Shown here: piece by piece, positions 32,503 to 42,579 of the stretch | How the letters are laid out: each line of letters opens with the position of its first letter | How positions within the stretch are numbered: position 1 is the stretch's first letter | IMG/VR virus record: IMGVR_UViG_3300009428_000006 | Span: 11,238 to 75,237 of that record | DNA from: a virus | Reading direction: 5' to 3' (one strand) | DNA length: 64,000 nt | Program-made: the position numbers and the translations under genes | The notes under the pieces: model-generated | What the model was told of the DNA's origin: nothing | Databases searched by the model: none | The model's input: only the letters and a program-made list of their open reading frames with translations

Positions 32503-33042
32503 ATGGGTACTACTTCTAATTATGGTGTCCCTATAAGTAAAGAATCTATACAAGGGTATGCTCAGGAAATGACTGGGTGGGTTACATATTCAGATACAGA
32601 TCATGATGTGGATAATCCATTCGTCATCCTTTCTGATGAGAGACTTGTAATACCTGATAATGCTCAAGAAGGGATTAGTTCACAGATCCCTCTCGAAACA
32701 GATCCTCTATATAACGGCTTAGATAATAAACTCACTCCTCATGAAAACGGAGATGCTTACTTGTTGAGGATAAGTTTTAAAAGATATACAACCTCTAACA
32801 CAGGATATGGAGAAATCACACTTGATATAGGTCAAGACGAACCTATTTTAGATATCCCTGTTACATTTCCCATAGGTATAGGTGTCAATAATGCAAGGAC
32901 ATTTGTTGTTACAGAGTTACTGTTTTCAGGAACAGATTTCGTGACAAATGGTGGTCAATTATATTATGAAAGTGTTAGAGGGAATACATCAATATATGAT
33001 ATCAGATATATGATATCAAGAATACATAAAGCGAGGAAATAA
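32503..33042 (+). CDS. hypothetical virion protein
   Basis: AAGGAG RBS before ATG 32503; beta-rich. Confidence 0.65.
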   Translation: MGTTSNYGVPISKESIQGYAQEMTGWVTYSDTDHDVDNPFVILSDERLVIPDNAQEGISSQIPLETDPLYNGLDNKLTPHENGDAYLLRISFKRYTTSNTGYGEITLDIGQDEPILDIPVTFPIGIGVNNARTFVVTELLFSGTDFVTNGGQLYYESVRGNTSIYDIRYMISRIHKARK

Positions 33043-33650
33043 TGTATGTAATTCAGAAAAATTATGGAGAGGTTTTACAAAACTATACCAGTTTAAAAAG
33101 TTATATACCTTTTGATCAAGAGCCTGTTGTCAAGTCCGTTGCTAGGCTTGATGGGCTTAGTCAGTATTGGGTATTGAGCCGAGGTATAACACTATATGTC
33201 GGCGATGTGGTTACTTTTAAGATTTCGTACCTCACATCAATATCTCGCGTCGCTGAAATGATGTTTGGTGATAACGGGGTGAATAGGGCCTCTAGGGTAT
33301 ACATAGACTCAGTTACAGTTGATGACCCTGCGGTTGTAGTAAGAGATAACAAGCTAGAAACTCTTATAGATGGTGTTGACACTACCCAATTTTCTATGGA
33401 TGGCGGAACACATACTATCGAGTTTTCTGTAGTAAAAGAGTTTTACGTGGATAGTCTGTGCGCCAACGATAACGGGGCACAGTATTTTTTAAGTGGCTCA
33501 ATCCATGAGTTTGAAGTAGAGAGAGGGGGGATAATTGTAAATAACATACCACTTACAAATAAAGAGCAAGGTGCAAACCAACTTGCAACAGTAGGTGATG
33601 TCGATGCGTTCATGCCTAACTACACCGATGATGTATGGGAGAGTGTGTAA
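33042..33650 (+). CDS. hypothetical beta-sandwich (LamG-like) protein
   Basis: RLDGLSQY...FLSGSIHEFEV pattern. Confidence 0.5.
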   Translation: MYVIQKNYGEVLQNYTSLKSYIPFDQEPVVKSVARLDGLSQYWVLSRGITLYVGDVVTFKISYLTSISRVAEMMFGDNGVNRASRVYIDSVTVDDPAVVVRDNKLETLIDGVDTTQFSMDGGTHTIEFSVVKEFYVDSLCANDNGAQYFLSGSIHEFEVERGGIIVNNIPLTNKEQGANQLATVGDVDAFMPNYTDDVWESV

Positions 33651-33940
33651 TGTCAATAGCTAATCAAAAATACGCATTCGTAACGCCTGAATCTTGGCAA
33701 GAGTCACTAATATCTAGATGGCCTGACGCGCCTCTGTATGGTGGCTATCGTTTATTGGTTTTTACAAGGAAAGACTTACCAAAGCTTGAAGCAGAATACT
33801 CTGATGTTAAGTTCAAGTATCTAGATCCTGATGAAACAATTAGATCAATAAGTGACTTAGAAAAGGGTCCATTTATATGCAGCCTTACACAAACACAGGA
33901 AATAGTTAAGTACTTCAGAGAATTGGAGGAAAATACATAG
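33650..33940 (+). CDS. hypothetical protein
   Basis: TAATG coupling to the upstream gene. Confidence 0.65.
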   Translation: MSIANQKYAFVTPESWQESLISRWPDAPLYGGYRLLVFTRKDLPKLEAEYSDVKFKYLDPDETIRSISDLEKGPFICSLTQTQEIVKYFRELEENT

Positions 33941-33960
33941 AATAGGATAACGGGAGGAAA

Positions 33961-34476
33961 ATGCCGACACCTACAGCACAACAGGCTGGTATTTCTTTTG
34001 AGGATATAAAGATGATAGTGTGGCTAGTGGGGGTAGTTTTATCTGCCCTTCTAGCTGGATGTTCTGCCGCATGGTGGTTCAATACCCAACTTTCCAAAAC
34101 TAGGGAAGATTTATATACCAGAATTAATACAGTAAAGGGTGAGTTGGAGGATACTGCACAAATAGTCAGTACCAATGTTACTCATAATAAAGATGACTGT
34201 CGTGATACAAAAGAACGTGTCACACTTCTTGAAAGAGATCATCTCCATCAGCAAGAGAAGACTGATAAGATGGATGAGTCATTAAATATAATCAAGAGTG
34301 ATCTATCTGCAACAAAGGATAGTGTCATTGAATTAGCCCAAAAGTCAAGAGAAGATACTCTTACAATAATGGGAGAGATACGGTCTATGGAAGGACGTAA
34401 TCAACAACAACTTATGGAGGTAAAGGAGTTCCTAGTTAATGTTGTGAACCAAAATAAGAGAAGAGATGATAACTAA
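33961..34476 (+). CDS. holin-like membrane protein (one TM segment plus coiled coil)
   Basis: N-terminal TM segment; directly upstream of the endolysin. Confidence 0.5.
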   Translation: MPTPTAQQAGISFEDIKMIVWLVGVVLSALLAGCSAAWWFNTQLSKTREDLYTRINTVKGELEDTAQIVSTNVTHNKDDCRDTKERVTLLERDHLHQQEKTDKMDESLNIIKSDLSATKDSVIELAQKSREDTLTIMGEIRSMEGRNQQQLMEVKEFLVNVVNQNKRRDDN

Positions 34477-35050
34477 AGAAGAATATGAATCACTAGAACG
34501 CTCTCAGACGGTCCACAGGACGTTTAATTCACTACTCAGTGTGTTAGTATTAGTTCTTGGTTATTTCTTCATACAGGCCGAATTAAAGCCCATATATGAA
34601 GACTTATCAGGTATAACTGAGCAGCGTATAGAGAAAGAAGAGACTTCACAGATATTCAATGATGAAAGTTTAAGGCTTTGCCAGTACAAAGATTCCTTGG
34701 GAAACGCTACAATCGGTGTAGGTCATCTAGTCTTAGAAAGAGATAACTTACCACAATGTATCACATCCCATCAGGCAATTGAGCTTTTGATGAAGGATTA
34801 CAGATATGCTAAGGAGAATGTTGAAAAGCGTTATCCGTGGGCAGAGGGTGAAGGTAAGTTAATACTTGTTAATATGACCTTCCAGTTAGGAGAAAACAGG
34901 TTAGCTAAGTTTCAGCAGACACTTCTTCATCTAAAGAATAAGGAATATCAATTAGCAGCAGGTGAAGTATTAGACTCTGCACTTTACAAACAAACACCTA
35001 AGCGTATAGAACGACACGCTGCAAGGATACTGTCATTAAGTAAGACGTAA
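34466..35050 (+). CDS. endolysin, T4-type (GH24) lysozyme with N-terminal membrane anchor
   Basis: DESLRLCQYKDSLGNATIGVGHL catalytic E-D-T triad; NMTFQLG; QTPKR. Confidence 0.9.
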   Translation: MITKEEYESLERSQTVHRTFNSLLSVLVLVLGYFFIQAELKPIYEDLSGITEQRIEKEETSQIFNDESLRLCQYKDSLGNATIGVGHLVLERDNLPQCITSHQAIELLMKDYRYAKENVEKRYPWAEGEGKLILVNMTFQLGENRLAKFQQTLLHLKNKEYQLAAGEVLDSALYKQTPKRIERHAARILSLSKT

Positions 35051-35061
35051 GGAGGTGTAAT

Positions 35062-35484
35062 GTGTTTAAACCTATCCTGTTAGCCCTTACAGCTCTCCTG
35101 ATGGTATCTTGTGCCTCTCTTAATCCTTTAGATATTCTCAGCCCAGATAAGCCTAGTTTAGAGGTTAATGCCCAAATCGGCAAGACTAATGAGCAGGAGA
35201 AGAACAATATCAAGGTTGAGGAAGGCAAGACTGAGGTCAAGCAGGAAGCTGATTCAATAACAAATGATACTAACTATACAGCAGATAAGATTGAGAATAT
35301 AACCCAAGGGATGTCTAAACTAGAGTTGTTATTATTTGCACTCTTAGCAGGATGGGCAATACCTACTCCAGCGAAGACATTTGAATTTGTTAAGAGAGTT
35401 GTATCGGATACTATAAATATATTAATTGTAACACCAGTCAAAGGGTTTGCAGGTTTTATATTAAAAGTGCTAGGAAGAAAGTAA
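35062..35484 (+). CDS. probable unimolecular spanin (lipoprotein with C-terminal TM)
   Basis: Lipobox LMVS|C, C-terminal hydrophobic segment, follows the endolysin. Confidence 0.6.
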   Translation: MFKPILLALTALLMVSCASLNPLDILSPDKPSLEVNAQIGKTNEQEKNNIKVEEGKTEVKQEADSITNDTNYTADKIENITQGMSKLELLLFALLAGWAIPTPAKTFEFVKRVVSDTINILIVTPVKGFAGFILKVLGRK

Positions 35485-35492
35485 TAATATAT

Positions 35493-35521
35493 GCCCAACC
35501 GTAATTGGTTGGGCTATTTTT
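35493..35521. terminator. terminator at the convergence of late and middle transcription
   Basis: GCCCAACC-gtaatt-GGTTGGGC followed by TATTTTT. Confidence 0.85.
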
Positions 35522-35527
35522 CGAAAA

Positions 35528-36100
35528 TCACTTCTTAAGGTCTTTCTTGTAGAACAAATGATTGTCAATAGTCACCACAACATTATCTTCACTCGCCCAC
35601 ACAGGACTTACCTTCTTACTGTGATAGAATAAACTACCCTCTGTAATATCCACATAGTGATAATCTTCATCTTTAATCCCCAGCAAGTATACACTAATAT
35701 GTAAGACCTTCAACCAAGAATCTCTATCATATACTTTATCAGACTTACCATCTTTGTGCCAACTGAATTGCCAAGGTTGATATACAACATCAACTATTCC
35801 ATCAGGAAACCTTCCTGAATCAGACCTGTTAAGCGTCACAAACCCTACAGATAAGGCACCAGACTGTGACTCTCCACGAGCCTCCCAATATATGTTACAA
35901 GCAAGTGCTGTCAAAGGTGTCTGTCTGTCTTTGTAATCGCAATCATGTATGTACTTTGTAGAGTCACCAGCATTACATGTCATAGATAGTCCTAGAAGTA
36001 ATGCTGCTAGACTGTAATCGATTATCTTCCTTAAGTTGAGCAAACGTACCTCCTTAAAATAAAAGCCCTTAGAACGTGTCTGAGGGCTTCTGTGTATCAT
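35528..36100 (-). CDS. SleB-like cell wall hydrolase (Hydrolase_2)
   Basis: LACNIYWEARGE..VTLNR..VVYQPWQFSW..HLFY. Confidence 0.9.
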   Translation of the reverse strand: MIHRSPQTRSKGFYFKEVRLLNLRKIIDYSLAALLLGLSMTCNAGDSTKYIHDCDYKDRQTPLTALACNIYWEARGESQSGALSVGFVTLNRSDSGRFPDGIVDVVYQPWQFSWHKDGKSDKVYDRDSWLKVLHISVYLLGIKDEDYHYVDITEGSLFYHSKKVSPVWASEDNVVVTIDNHLFYKKDLKK

Positions 36101-36456
36101 CGGTGAACAACATCACCTATTTTTAATTTCAATGCAGCTTCTTTGGTCAGGAACATTTCATCTGTCATACCTGTGATTCGGTAATTATCAGCTTTCTGAA
36201 CCTTAATCAATCTCCACCACATATCATGTTCTTTAAAAGGCTTAGTAATAATCTCAATCACCTTATAAGCCCGTCTATCCTCAGGAGGTTTGTAAGCTAT
36301 GGGGTCAACAACTTTACGCTGCTTAGCTGTACGTACATTCTCTGCATTGGCAGGAATTACATAGCCCTTCTTAAAACCTCTTTTACTTGTTACGCCCATC
36401 ATACTTCTCCAAAATGTCTTTAAACTTCTCGCAAAGAACTCTATGTTTAGAATCAA
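36097..36456 (-). CDS. hypothetical protein (true start probably about 36402)
   Basis: ORF within the operon. Confidence 0.6.
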   Translation of the reverse strand: MILNIEFFARSLKTFWRSMMGVTSKRGFKKGYVIPANAENVRTAKQRKVVDPIAYKPPEDRRAYKVIEIITKPFKEHDMWWRLIKVQKADNYRITGMTDEMFLTKEAALKLKIGDVVHR

Positions 36457-36643
36457 ATAGACAGGAAGTGTTTTCTCCTAGATGAAGAGTATATATCGAA
36501 ATCAGATCATCTAAAAGATCATCCCATTCTTCTACAGCATCTTCTATAAATCTTTCAACACTTAAGTCAGGAAACCCATCTAAAGTTGTTTCTGCAAGTA
36601 TTCTCAGTTTTTCATGACTCATAACAAATATCTTTCTTATCAA
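36383..36643 (-). CDS. hypothetical protein
   Basis: ORF within the operon. Confidence 0.55.
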   Translation of the reverse strand: MIRKIFVMSHEKLRILAETTLDGFPDLSVERFIEDAVEEWDDLLDDLISIYTLHLGENTSCLFDSKHRVLCEKFKDILEKYDGRNK

Positions 36644-36800
36644 CCTGTTTATATTTTAAAACGAAAACTTCACCACTGTCCATATCAAACGCTGAGGTCA
36701 AAGTACCTTCTCCTCCTTCATCTTTCAAACTGGTAATGTATAAACGTCTTCCTACTAAATCTGTTAGTTCAAATGTCTGAACTTTTGATAAACTAAACAT
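36612..36800 (-). CDS. hypothetical protein
   Basis: GGAGG RBS. Confidence 0.6.
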   Translation of the reverse strand: MFSLSKVQTFELTDLVGRRLYITSLKDEGGEGTLTSAFDMDSGEVFVLKYKQVDKKDICYES

Positions 36801-36810
36801 AATAATCCTC

Positions 36811-38151
36811 CTACTTAATAGTTAAATCTGTCTCAGCAACTCGTGACACAATGAATTGCAAATCAGACTTGTTAGCTTGCTTAATAAACTCAGCATATGT
36901 AGTCTTGTCTAAAGCTTCGCTGTTGTCAATAAGAATTAATCCTAAATCACCTGCTGACAGCTTAGCAAGTTCGATTGCCAATTTAACACGGCTTGCTGTA
37001 TTGAGTGTTTCAAATGGTACACCATCTAACGTCAGAATGCTATCTTTAATCTCTAAACCTTCTATAGGAAGATTAGAACACAAGTCTTGCTTATAGTTCT
37101 GTAAGCTCTCTAGTGCACCTGTAAAGCCATCAGACTGTTTCTGATACTCTTTCACCTTAGCTTTCCAATCGTTCACCTGACGCTGTGTGTTTGCGTATAT
37201 GCCTAGTTCTGACAACTCTTTAGACAACTGCTGATTACGTTCTTGTAAATCATCAGCCTTGGCTAGTTCAGCTTCAACAGCAGCCTCAGCTTTCGTGTCA
37301 CGCTCTGTAGAGAGACTTCGTAAGTCACCCTGTAGGCTAGCCTTGTTTTCTTTTAAATCATCAATCTGTTCGAGGAGCTTTTGAATATCAGCCTCTACAG
37401 CTAACACTTCATCCTCTTTAGCAAGTAATCGCTCTGAATACTCTTGACGAACATTACGACCTACTTTACGAGATGCAGATTTAATATTCTCCATAGCTTC
37501 ATTGTTTTGTGCAATTTCATCTTCAATCTCAGAAGTGCTAGGAATTACCTCGGGCAATGTAGCTTGTAATTGCTCATAAGTTGTCTTGGCTGTTTTAAGA
37601 TCACGATTGATACCTGTACGCTCAGTGAAGATTTCTTTAGTAGCTTGATCAAGAATCGTCAGTGCATGTTCATCTGTATCCCAAGTTTTACCTGTGTATT
37701 CTTCCATTAGCTTATTATCCACAGACATAGGTGTAGCTGCTAGTACAACATCAACTAACTCTTTTGGATTAGCACTCAGAAGTGAGAGAGGGTTAACACT
37801 GTTAGGATTAAATAAACCTTTAAGCAGTTTAGCTGGTGATGACAATGTACTATAGCTATCTGTGCCAGCAACCTTACCTTGCAATTTAAGCTTATCACCT
37901 TTCTCAGTATACTTACGCTCAAGCTTCATATCACCTAAGTCTAGAGTGACTTGACCTGAATCTTCACCATTGCGTAGTAAGCGGGTGTAATCTGAGATAC
38001 CTAAGGCAGCTTTTACTGACTCTAGTACACTTGTCTTACCTTGACCATTTGTGCCACTAATTTCAACTACATTACCTGTAGGTGTGATTTCTAGATCCTC
38101 AATGCCTAATAAATTACTGATATTGATTTTACTTACTTTTAAATTACCCAT
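36811..38151 (-). CDS. SMC/SbcC/RecN-like AAA ATPase
   Basis: Walker A GTNGQGKT, long coiled coil, C-terminal ILIDNSEALD Walker B. Confidence 0.85.
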   Translation of the reverse strand: MGNLKVSKINISNLLGIEDLEITPTGNVVEISGTNGQGKTSVLESVKAALGISDYTRLLRNGEDSGQVTLDLGDMKLERKYTEKGDKLKLQGKVAGTDSYSTLSSPAKLLKGLFNPNSVNPLSLLSANPKELVDVVLAATPMSVDNKLMEEYTGKTWDTDEHALTILDQATKEIFTERTGINRDLKTAKTTYEQLQATLPEVIPSTSEIEDEIAQNNEAMENIKSASRKVGRNVRQEYSERLLAKEDEVLAVEADIQKLLEQIDDLKENKASLQGDLRSLSTERDTKAEAAVEAELAKADDLQERNQQLSKELSELGIYANTQRQVNDWKAKVKEYQKQSDGFTGALESLQNYKQDLCSNLPIEGLEIKDSILTLDGVPFETLNTASRVKLAIELAKLSAGDLGLILIDNSEALDKTTYAEFIKQANKSDLQFIVSRVAETDLTIK

Positions 38152-38414
38152 TATTGTATCTCCTCTTCAACCAATGCTTCCAACTCTTCAAGTACCAATG
38201 ACTCTAAAGGTTTTTTCAGATCCTCCAAAGAGTCAGGGTGATAGCCTATTCCAATCATATATCCAGCATTAAACATAGATCCCTCTGTTGATTTAAGAAA
38301 ATCTGTATACTCTTCTAATGGTATCCCCATGTTATTATCGTCTACCATTTTGTGCATCCCTTCGATGGCTAATTTGATATATTGCTTGATATCTAGCTCT
38401 GGTAAGTTCTTCAT
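38151..38414 (-). CDS. hypothetical protein
   Basis: Coupled ORF. Confidence 0.65.
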   Translation of the reverse strand: MKNLPELDIKQYIKLAIEGMHKMVDDNNMGIPLEEYTDFLKSTEGSMFNAGYMIGIGYHPDSLEDLKKPLESLVLEELEALVEEEIQ

Positions 38415-38417
38415 ATC

Positions 38418-38984
38418 CTAAATCTCCTCTGTTCGTTCATCTAAGGCTTTCTTAGCCAATGTCTTTAATTTACTAATCAACGTCTTCTTCTTAACCGTTG
38501 AGATATATTCTATATCAGGTGAGATGTTGATGTCAACCATTGCTTGATTAAATATTTCAACAAATCCATCAATATTATAGAGAGGTTCTAATCGACTCAT
38601 AACTTGGTCTACATTATAACACTCACCTTTATCTGTCTCAATCATGTAAGGAAGTTTACTTGTAGTAGCCACAGGAGCTTGGAAGGAGCGCTGTACTGGA
38701 TGTTCGTTACTTACCCTTATACTTTGTACTGGTTGCTGAGAAGCCTCGTCTGAGCTTGCCACAGGAGCTTCTGGTACATTACCTTGCAGAATATCCATCA
38801 CCTTCTGAGTAGACAGAGGATTACGTCCGCAAATGTTCTTACCCTCTGGTGTATTGAGTAGCCATTCTACTTCGTCATTCTTGAAAAAGGACATCCACTT
38901 ATTCACAGGCATATCATTTACTCCACAGATGTGAAGCATTAGCTCTCCTTGGCGTTTGATGTTTGGTGTATTCATGTTTAACAA
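38418..38984 (-). CDS. hypothetical protein
   Basis: AGGAG RBS. Confidence 0.7.
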   Translation of the reverse strand: MLNMNTPNIKRQGELMLHICGVNDMPVNKWMSFFKNDEVEWLLNTPEGKNICGRNPLSTQKVMDILQGNVPEAPVASSDEASQQPVQSIRVSNEHPVQRSFQAPVATTSKLPYMIETDKGECYNVDQVMSRLEPLYNIDGFVEIFNQAMVDINISPDIEYISTVKKKTLISKLKTLAKKALDERTEEI

Positions 38985-38989
38985 TCTCC

Positions 38990-39544
38990 TTAATTATAAT
39001 AAACTTTAATTGCTGTACAACCGTGACTTCTGAACATTGTATTGTTCTTCTCACAATCATCTATGCAGACAATGTTACTTGGTTCTACAATCTCAGTCAA
39101 GCTTTTTATGAAACCTTCTTTCATATTTACAGGCTCAAGGTGGTTATCAGAATGACGCATAAATATCATATCAAACTTCACTCCCCATTCTTTAAGCTGC
39201 TTTTTAAGTATCTCAGCGGCTTTCTGAGAGTATGTACAAGAAGTTAATACCATTACAGCATGATCACCATAGAACTTGTTAGCTACGCTTATATTGCCCC
39301 AGAGAGGTGTGTCTGTATCTGATGCATCATTAAACTTTGTCCAAGCTGCATTTGCATTCCCTTCTGAGAAACACTTGATGCGCTCTTCTTCTGTTGGGAT
39401 AAGGTGCAGACGGTCTTTAGCCTGTCTCACACAGCCATCTATGTCTAGTACCAAAGTCTTCTGATTCAGTATGTTAAGTAATGATTGTGATGATGGTGAT
39501 TCTACATCATACTCTGTGCCGCTGATTGTGATTAATTTAAACAT
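38990..39544 (-). CDS. HAD-family phosphatase (PseT 3'-phosphatase-like)
   Basis: VLDIDG, LTS, FMR and CIDD motifs. Confidence 0.8.
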   Translation of the reverse strand: MFKLITISGTEYDVESPSSQSLLNILNQKTLVLDIDGCVRQAKDRLHLIPTEEERIKCFSEGNANAAWTKFNDASDTDTPLWGNISVANKFYGDHAVMVLTSCTYSQKAAEILKKQLKEWGVKFDMIFMRHSDNHLEPVNMKEGFIKSLTEIVEPSNIVCIDDCEKNNTMFRSHGCTAIKVYYN

Positions 39545-40034
39545 TGTTATTCTCCTTCTTAAGTCTTAAATATTTGTGTATTTCAAATCCTGTATAATTT
39601 GTTTGATGATGTGACCATTCATTTTTGAAAAGGAAAGTTCCTTTATAATAAGTGTCTGCCTCTGGAAAGATCTTATAAATATATGTCCAATATACCGTCT
39701 CCACATACTCCTCAAACAACTTATAGATCTCAGCTCCACCAATAATAAATACATCTTCTGTCTCGGCAATCTTGAGAATCTTTTTATAATCATTACATCG
39801 TAAGAAGCCTTCACAACCATTTTCATAAGGTTGGCGAGTCATTATAATATTCACCCGATTAGGCAATGGTTTTCCATTTGGTAAACTGGCTGCTGTCTTT
39901 GAGCCCATCACAACCACCTTACCATCTGTCACCTTCTTGAAGTGCTTCAAGTCCTCAGGGATGTGCATCAGTAGCTGATTGTTCTGGCCTAATTCTCCAT
40001 TTAAGCCTGTTGCTAATATCATAGATAATGGCAT
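39537..40034 (-). CDS. folA: dihydrofolate reductase
   Basis: IPEDLKHFKKVT..VVMG.KT..PLPNRVNII..IIGGAEIY..ADTY. Confidence 0.95.
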   Translation of the reverse strand: MPLSMILATGLNGELGQNNQLLMHIPEDLKHFKKVTDGKVVVMGSKTAASLPNGKPLPNRVNIIMTRQPYENGCEGFLRCNDYKKILKIAETEDVFIIGGAEIYKLFEEYVETVYWTYIYKIFPEADTYYKGTFLFKNEWSHHQTNYTGFEIHKYLRLKKENNNV

Positions 40035-40321
40035 TATTTATTCTCCTTTTTGATCTTTTCAAATTCTTCACAATACCAATTATAAATGTCATCCAAATTC
40101 AAGTAAAGTACCAGATCAGAAGCATCTTCGTCAAGTGTAATTACAACTTTAGCCACGTGTCCTGAAAAGTGTACTTGGGTAATTTCATAGTCAAAAATAA
40201 GTGTACGTTTTCTTGATAAAAGTTTCTTGAAAGAGTCTTCACGTTGGAAAACACATTCAATTAGTGTCTTAGTTGTTTTCTGCATTTGCACAAAATCATT
40301 AGGTGTAATAGTTGGTTTCAT
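40034..40321 (-). CDS. hypothetical protein
   Basis: Coupled ORF. Confidence 0.65.
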   Translation of the reverse strand: MKPTITPNDFVQMQKTTKTLIECVFQREDSFKKLLSRKRTLIFDYEITQVHFSGHVAKVVITLDEDASDLVLYLNLDDIYNWYCEEFEKIKKENK

Positions 40322-40899
40322 TATTCTTCTCCTTTTAAAGTCTTCTTCAATTCAGACATCATACCTGAATTTGAAATATGTGCAAGTACATTGTTAAACG
40401 TTTTCTTAATCTTCACTCCCGACTCTTTATACATCGCAGATACCCACCAGTCTAAATCAGAAATCACTTTGTCTTGCTTTTGAATGATAGACAATTGTGT
40501 GTTTAGCGTATTTGAAAGAAGACTAACAAGCATCTCTGGATTTCTAGCTAAGTATGTTTTAGCTGTAATCTTATCTGTGTATACCTCTGGAAGAAGTGGA
40601 AGTATTGCTTTTAAATCTACAGTTCCTAATCTTTCTCCGAACAAGTTAGATTTCACAGGATTATCATACCCATTCTCAGAAGAAAGAAGTAGAGACAGTG
40701 TAACCTTTTCTCCTGATGTAAGTCGCAAGGCAGAGATACATATGGTACAAAGTTCACCTTCAAGTCTCTTAGAAGACGCTGTGATGCTGATTTTAACAGA
40801 GCAGTCACTCCCACTTGTTGATGTAGCCTTAGAGAGGATATTACATCTTTTGTTAAACTCTAAGTTAAAAGTTTCGAGATCATATTTTGATTGATACAT
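40321..40899 (-). CDS. hypothetical protein
   Basis: ORF downstream of promoter 40935-40963. Confidence 0.65.
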   Translation of the reverse strand: MYQSKYDLETFNLEFNKRCNILSKATSTSGSDCSVKISITASSKRLEGELCTICISALRLTSGEKVTLSLLLSSENGYDNPVKSNLFGERLGTVDLKAILPLLPEVYTDKITAKTYLARNPEMLVSLLSNTLNTQLSIIQKQDKVISDLDWWVSAMYKESGVKIKKTFNNVLAHISNSGMMSELKKTLKGEE

Positions 40900-40934
40900 A
40901 GTTAAATTACTCTTTGTTCGTTGTTGGTGAGGTG

Positions 40935-40963
40935 ATTATGAGGGAAGGTGATGAGGTTGTCAA
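40935..40963 (-). promoter_or_regulatory. sigma70 promoter
   Basis: TTGACA-17 bp-CATAAT on the minus strand. Confidence 0.75.
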
Positions 40964-40982
40964 CACCTTATTTGGAATTAAT

Positions 40983-41742
40983 TTATAGGTATTTCCAATC
41001 TGGGAAATTTTTAGATTTACACCTATGTGTCACAGTCCCTTTTGAAACTTGGTAATATTTTGGCAACTTCTACCATGTTCTTGAATACTTTACCTTCAAT
41101 CGAGACACCTACCCAACAGCTCTTGTTCTCCTTCCCCGTATGAGCTCTCCTCAATTTTTCTTTAGTCTCCTCTGAATGAGATTTTCCAAAGAAAGCGTTC
41201 CTCTCTCCCTACCTGCTACTTACATGGCAGTTGAAGCATAAAGAAGATGTTTTCTTCTTATCCTCACCACATTCGCATTTGTCCCATATCAGATTGTAAT
41301 CTGTAGCAATACCACCTTTCCAGTTAGGGTTATAACTTCCCCTAAAATCAACATTTCTCCAAGGATCCTCTTCTCCCTCTAAACTGTGTAATCTTTTCAT
41401 AGTGTCTGATATTCTTGTTTTAATCTCCTCTTTGAGTGGGTGGTTTGTAAAATTATCACCACCTACTGCGGATCTCCCTATATTGTAAAGAGTCCCCTCT
41501 GTAGCATGGTCTAGTACCATTTGCTCATGCTCTTTGTATAAAGGACCACTATATGTTACTTGTATCTCAAAATCTGCTTCACAACAATTGTTGTAGTCTG
41601 CTTGAAGATTCATGTTATGATGGGTATTCATTTTCAGATAGTATTTATGCTCTGACCATCTTTTATCAACATTTGTTGTTGATCCTACATATCCCCTACC
41701 TGTTCTTTTGTTAATTATTTTGTAAGTGTAACCTACCATCAT
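40983..41742 (-). pseudogene. GIY-YIG homing endonuclease (Seg/I-TevI-like) with in-frame TAG (41209-41211) and a +1 indel (41058-41061)
   Basis: YTYKIINK..YVGST..RW..H; after the TAG the frame continues with NUMOD3 GERNAFFGKSHSEETKEKL; removing one A gives the HTH AKYYQVSKGTVTHRCKSKNFPDWKYL*. Confidence 0.82.
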
Positions 41743-42578
41743 GCCACCATCTCAAACAAGATCTTGCCCTGATGCTTATAGTTAGAGATTGTAAAGTAGT
41801 CTCTTGCATGATTAGGTAGTAAAAGATCATCAAAGGTTTTAACCCAATCAGAGATTTCTATATTAGCTATTACTTTATCAGGCAATCTAGATAGTTGTTC
41901 TCTCACAGCCGCTACATGTGAACCATAGATATGAACATTCACCATATTATGTTTAACCTTCCCAGCTTTAAGACCTGTGATATGAGAGAAAAACTTAAGT
42001 AATAAATAACACTGTAGACTATTAAAATTAAGACCACATCCATAATCGACGGAGCGTTGATTACTCTCCAGATGAAGTGTGTCGCCTATAATTGTAAATG
42101 TGTGACGATACATACAAGATCTTAGTGCCGCTTTGCTAAACAATTCAGGTTTCCAAAAGTCAATAACAAGTCCACGATCGTCACAGTGGTTATTTAGTTT
42201 ATTAAATAATTCAGGAAGTTCACTAGGATGAAGACCTGCTCCGTAAACAGCACCTAAATGGTTTTCACCAAGACGATGTGGATTGTTAAGCCAAGCCTCT
42301 GTCTCATTGGCATTCCCATACCAAGTCTTAGACCCAATATTATCAAACTGATCTGCCCACTCATATCTTCTTAAATATCCCAGCATCTCAGCCCAAGCAC
42401 TTACTGGAAAAGATTGCTTGGTGGTTAACAAAGGAGGAGGATTGTTGCCTACATCATAATAAAACGTGTGTTCTGGGATTGTAATGCAAGTTTCTCCTGT
42501 TCTTTTGTTTAAAATGGGTGTCCCTTCTTTTAAGATCTTCTCACCAAGATCCAAATACTGCTCTTCATAACTTTTCAA
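41739..42578 (-). CDS. thyA: thymidylate synthase
   Basis: RTG, PLLTTK, LGAVYG, DDRG, LRSCMY and QRSVD..GLNFN (dUMP-specifying Asn), HIY. Confidence 0.95.
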   Translation of the reverse strand: MKSYEEQYLDLGEKILKEGTPILNKRTGETCITIPEHTFYYDVGNNPPPLLTTKQSFPVSAWAEMLGYLRRYEWADQFDNIGSKTWYGNANETEAWLNNPHRLGENHLGAVYGAGLHPSELPELFNKLNNHCDDRGLVIDFWKPELFSKAALRSCMYRHTFTIIGDTLHLESNQRSVDYGCGLNFNSLQCYLLLKFFSHITGLKAGKVKHNMVNVHIYGSHVAAVREQLSRLPDKVIANIEISDWVKTFDDLLLPNHARDYFTISNYKHQGKILFEMVA

Positions 42579-42579
42579 A

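Noticed and set aside
4367-41742. Genome-wide stop-codon reassignment
   Set aside because: The internal stops are of all three types, the 2380-aa fibre and most long genes contain none, and TAG, TGA and TAA all end normal genes.
41739-42578. DNA-modifying dCMP hydroxymethylase
   Set aside because: The Asn in GLNFN and the adjacent DHFR indicate an ordinary thymidylate synthase.
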